Assembly (NCBI GenBank): GCA_964016885.1
Contig: OZ024749.1
Span: forward strand, 4,898,001-4,962,000
Source of the DNA: Eledone cirrhosa
Lineage: Eukaryota
Length of the DNA: 64,000 bases
Reading direction: 5' to 3'
In this document: positions 63,626-64,000 of the stretch, piece by piece
Layout: every line of letters starts with the position of its first letter
Position numbering within the stretch: the first letter of the stretch is position 1
Position numbers and translations under genes: made by a program
Notes under the pieces: model-generated
The model's database searches: none
What the model was told of the DNA's origin: nothing
Seen by the model: the letters and a program-made list of their open reading frames with translations, nothing else

Positions 63626-63785
63626 ACATTCTATCTATCTATTATCCATTCATTTATTTTCCTGTAACCGTTGTCTCGTCTCTGTTTCTTTCTCCTTTAT
63701 ATTCTTATTATTTCTTTCTCCCGCCTTCTCTCTAGCTCCCTCTTCCCCTCTCTCTAGCTCCCCCTCCCCATCATCATCTCCCTCA

Positions 63786-63849
<64 letters not shown>

Positions 63850-63933
63850 TTCAAGTATCCTACCCGTGCAGTAAAAGTTAATTTGTTCATATCTTCACAA
63901 CCTTTCAATTCTGTAATTATAATACACTGTCCT

Positions 63934-64000
<67 letters not shown>

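Overview
Repeat-dominated, AT-rich animal genomic DNA, probably from an octopod cephalopod (inferred from SINE families I recall from Octopus genomes). There is a 200-N gap at 22015-22214. Roughly half the window is interrupted (TA)n microsatellite, and almost all ORFs in the track (YIYI..., HTHT..., CVCV...) are translations of it. No intact host gene is evident; there are two weak exon candidates. The islands between and inside the TA arrays are mostly pieces of Penelope-like retroelements (PLEs). These include two 5'-truncated, frameshifted Naiad-like RT+GIY-YIG copies (8669-11019 and 56109-57978), a third diverged 3' end, and two Hydra-like GIY-YIG 3' ends. There are also many short non-coding pLTR-type pieces. 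By eye I find about 20 complete or degenerate type I hammerhead ribozyme motifs from several sequence families, plus several half-motifs. The most striking pattern is the insertion geometry. The 3' ends merge into (TA)n at internal TA/AT microhomologies, and many insertions are head-to-head fold-backs or chimeras with a 3' end on each side. tRNA-derived SINEs, RTE-like and R4/Dong-like LINE fragments and an internally deleted Hsmar2-like mariner are also present. All structure and family calls are by-eye and need computational confirmation.
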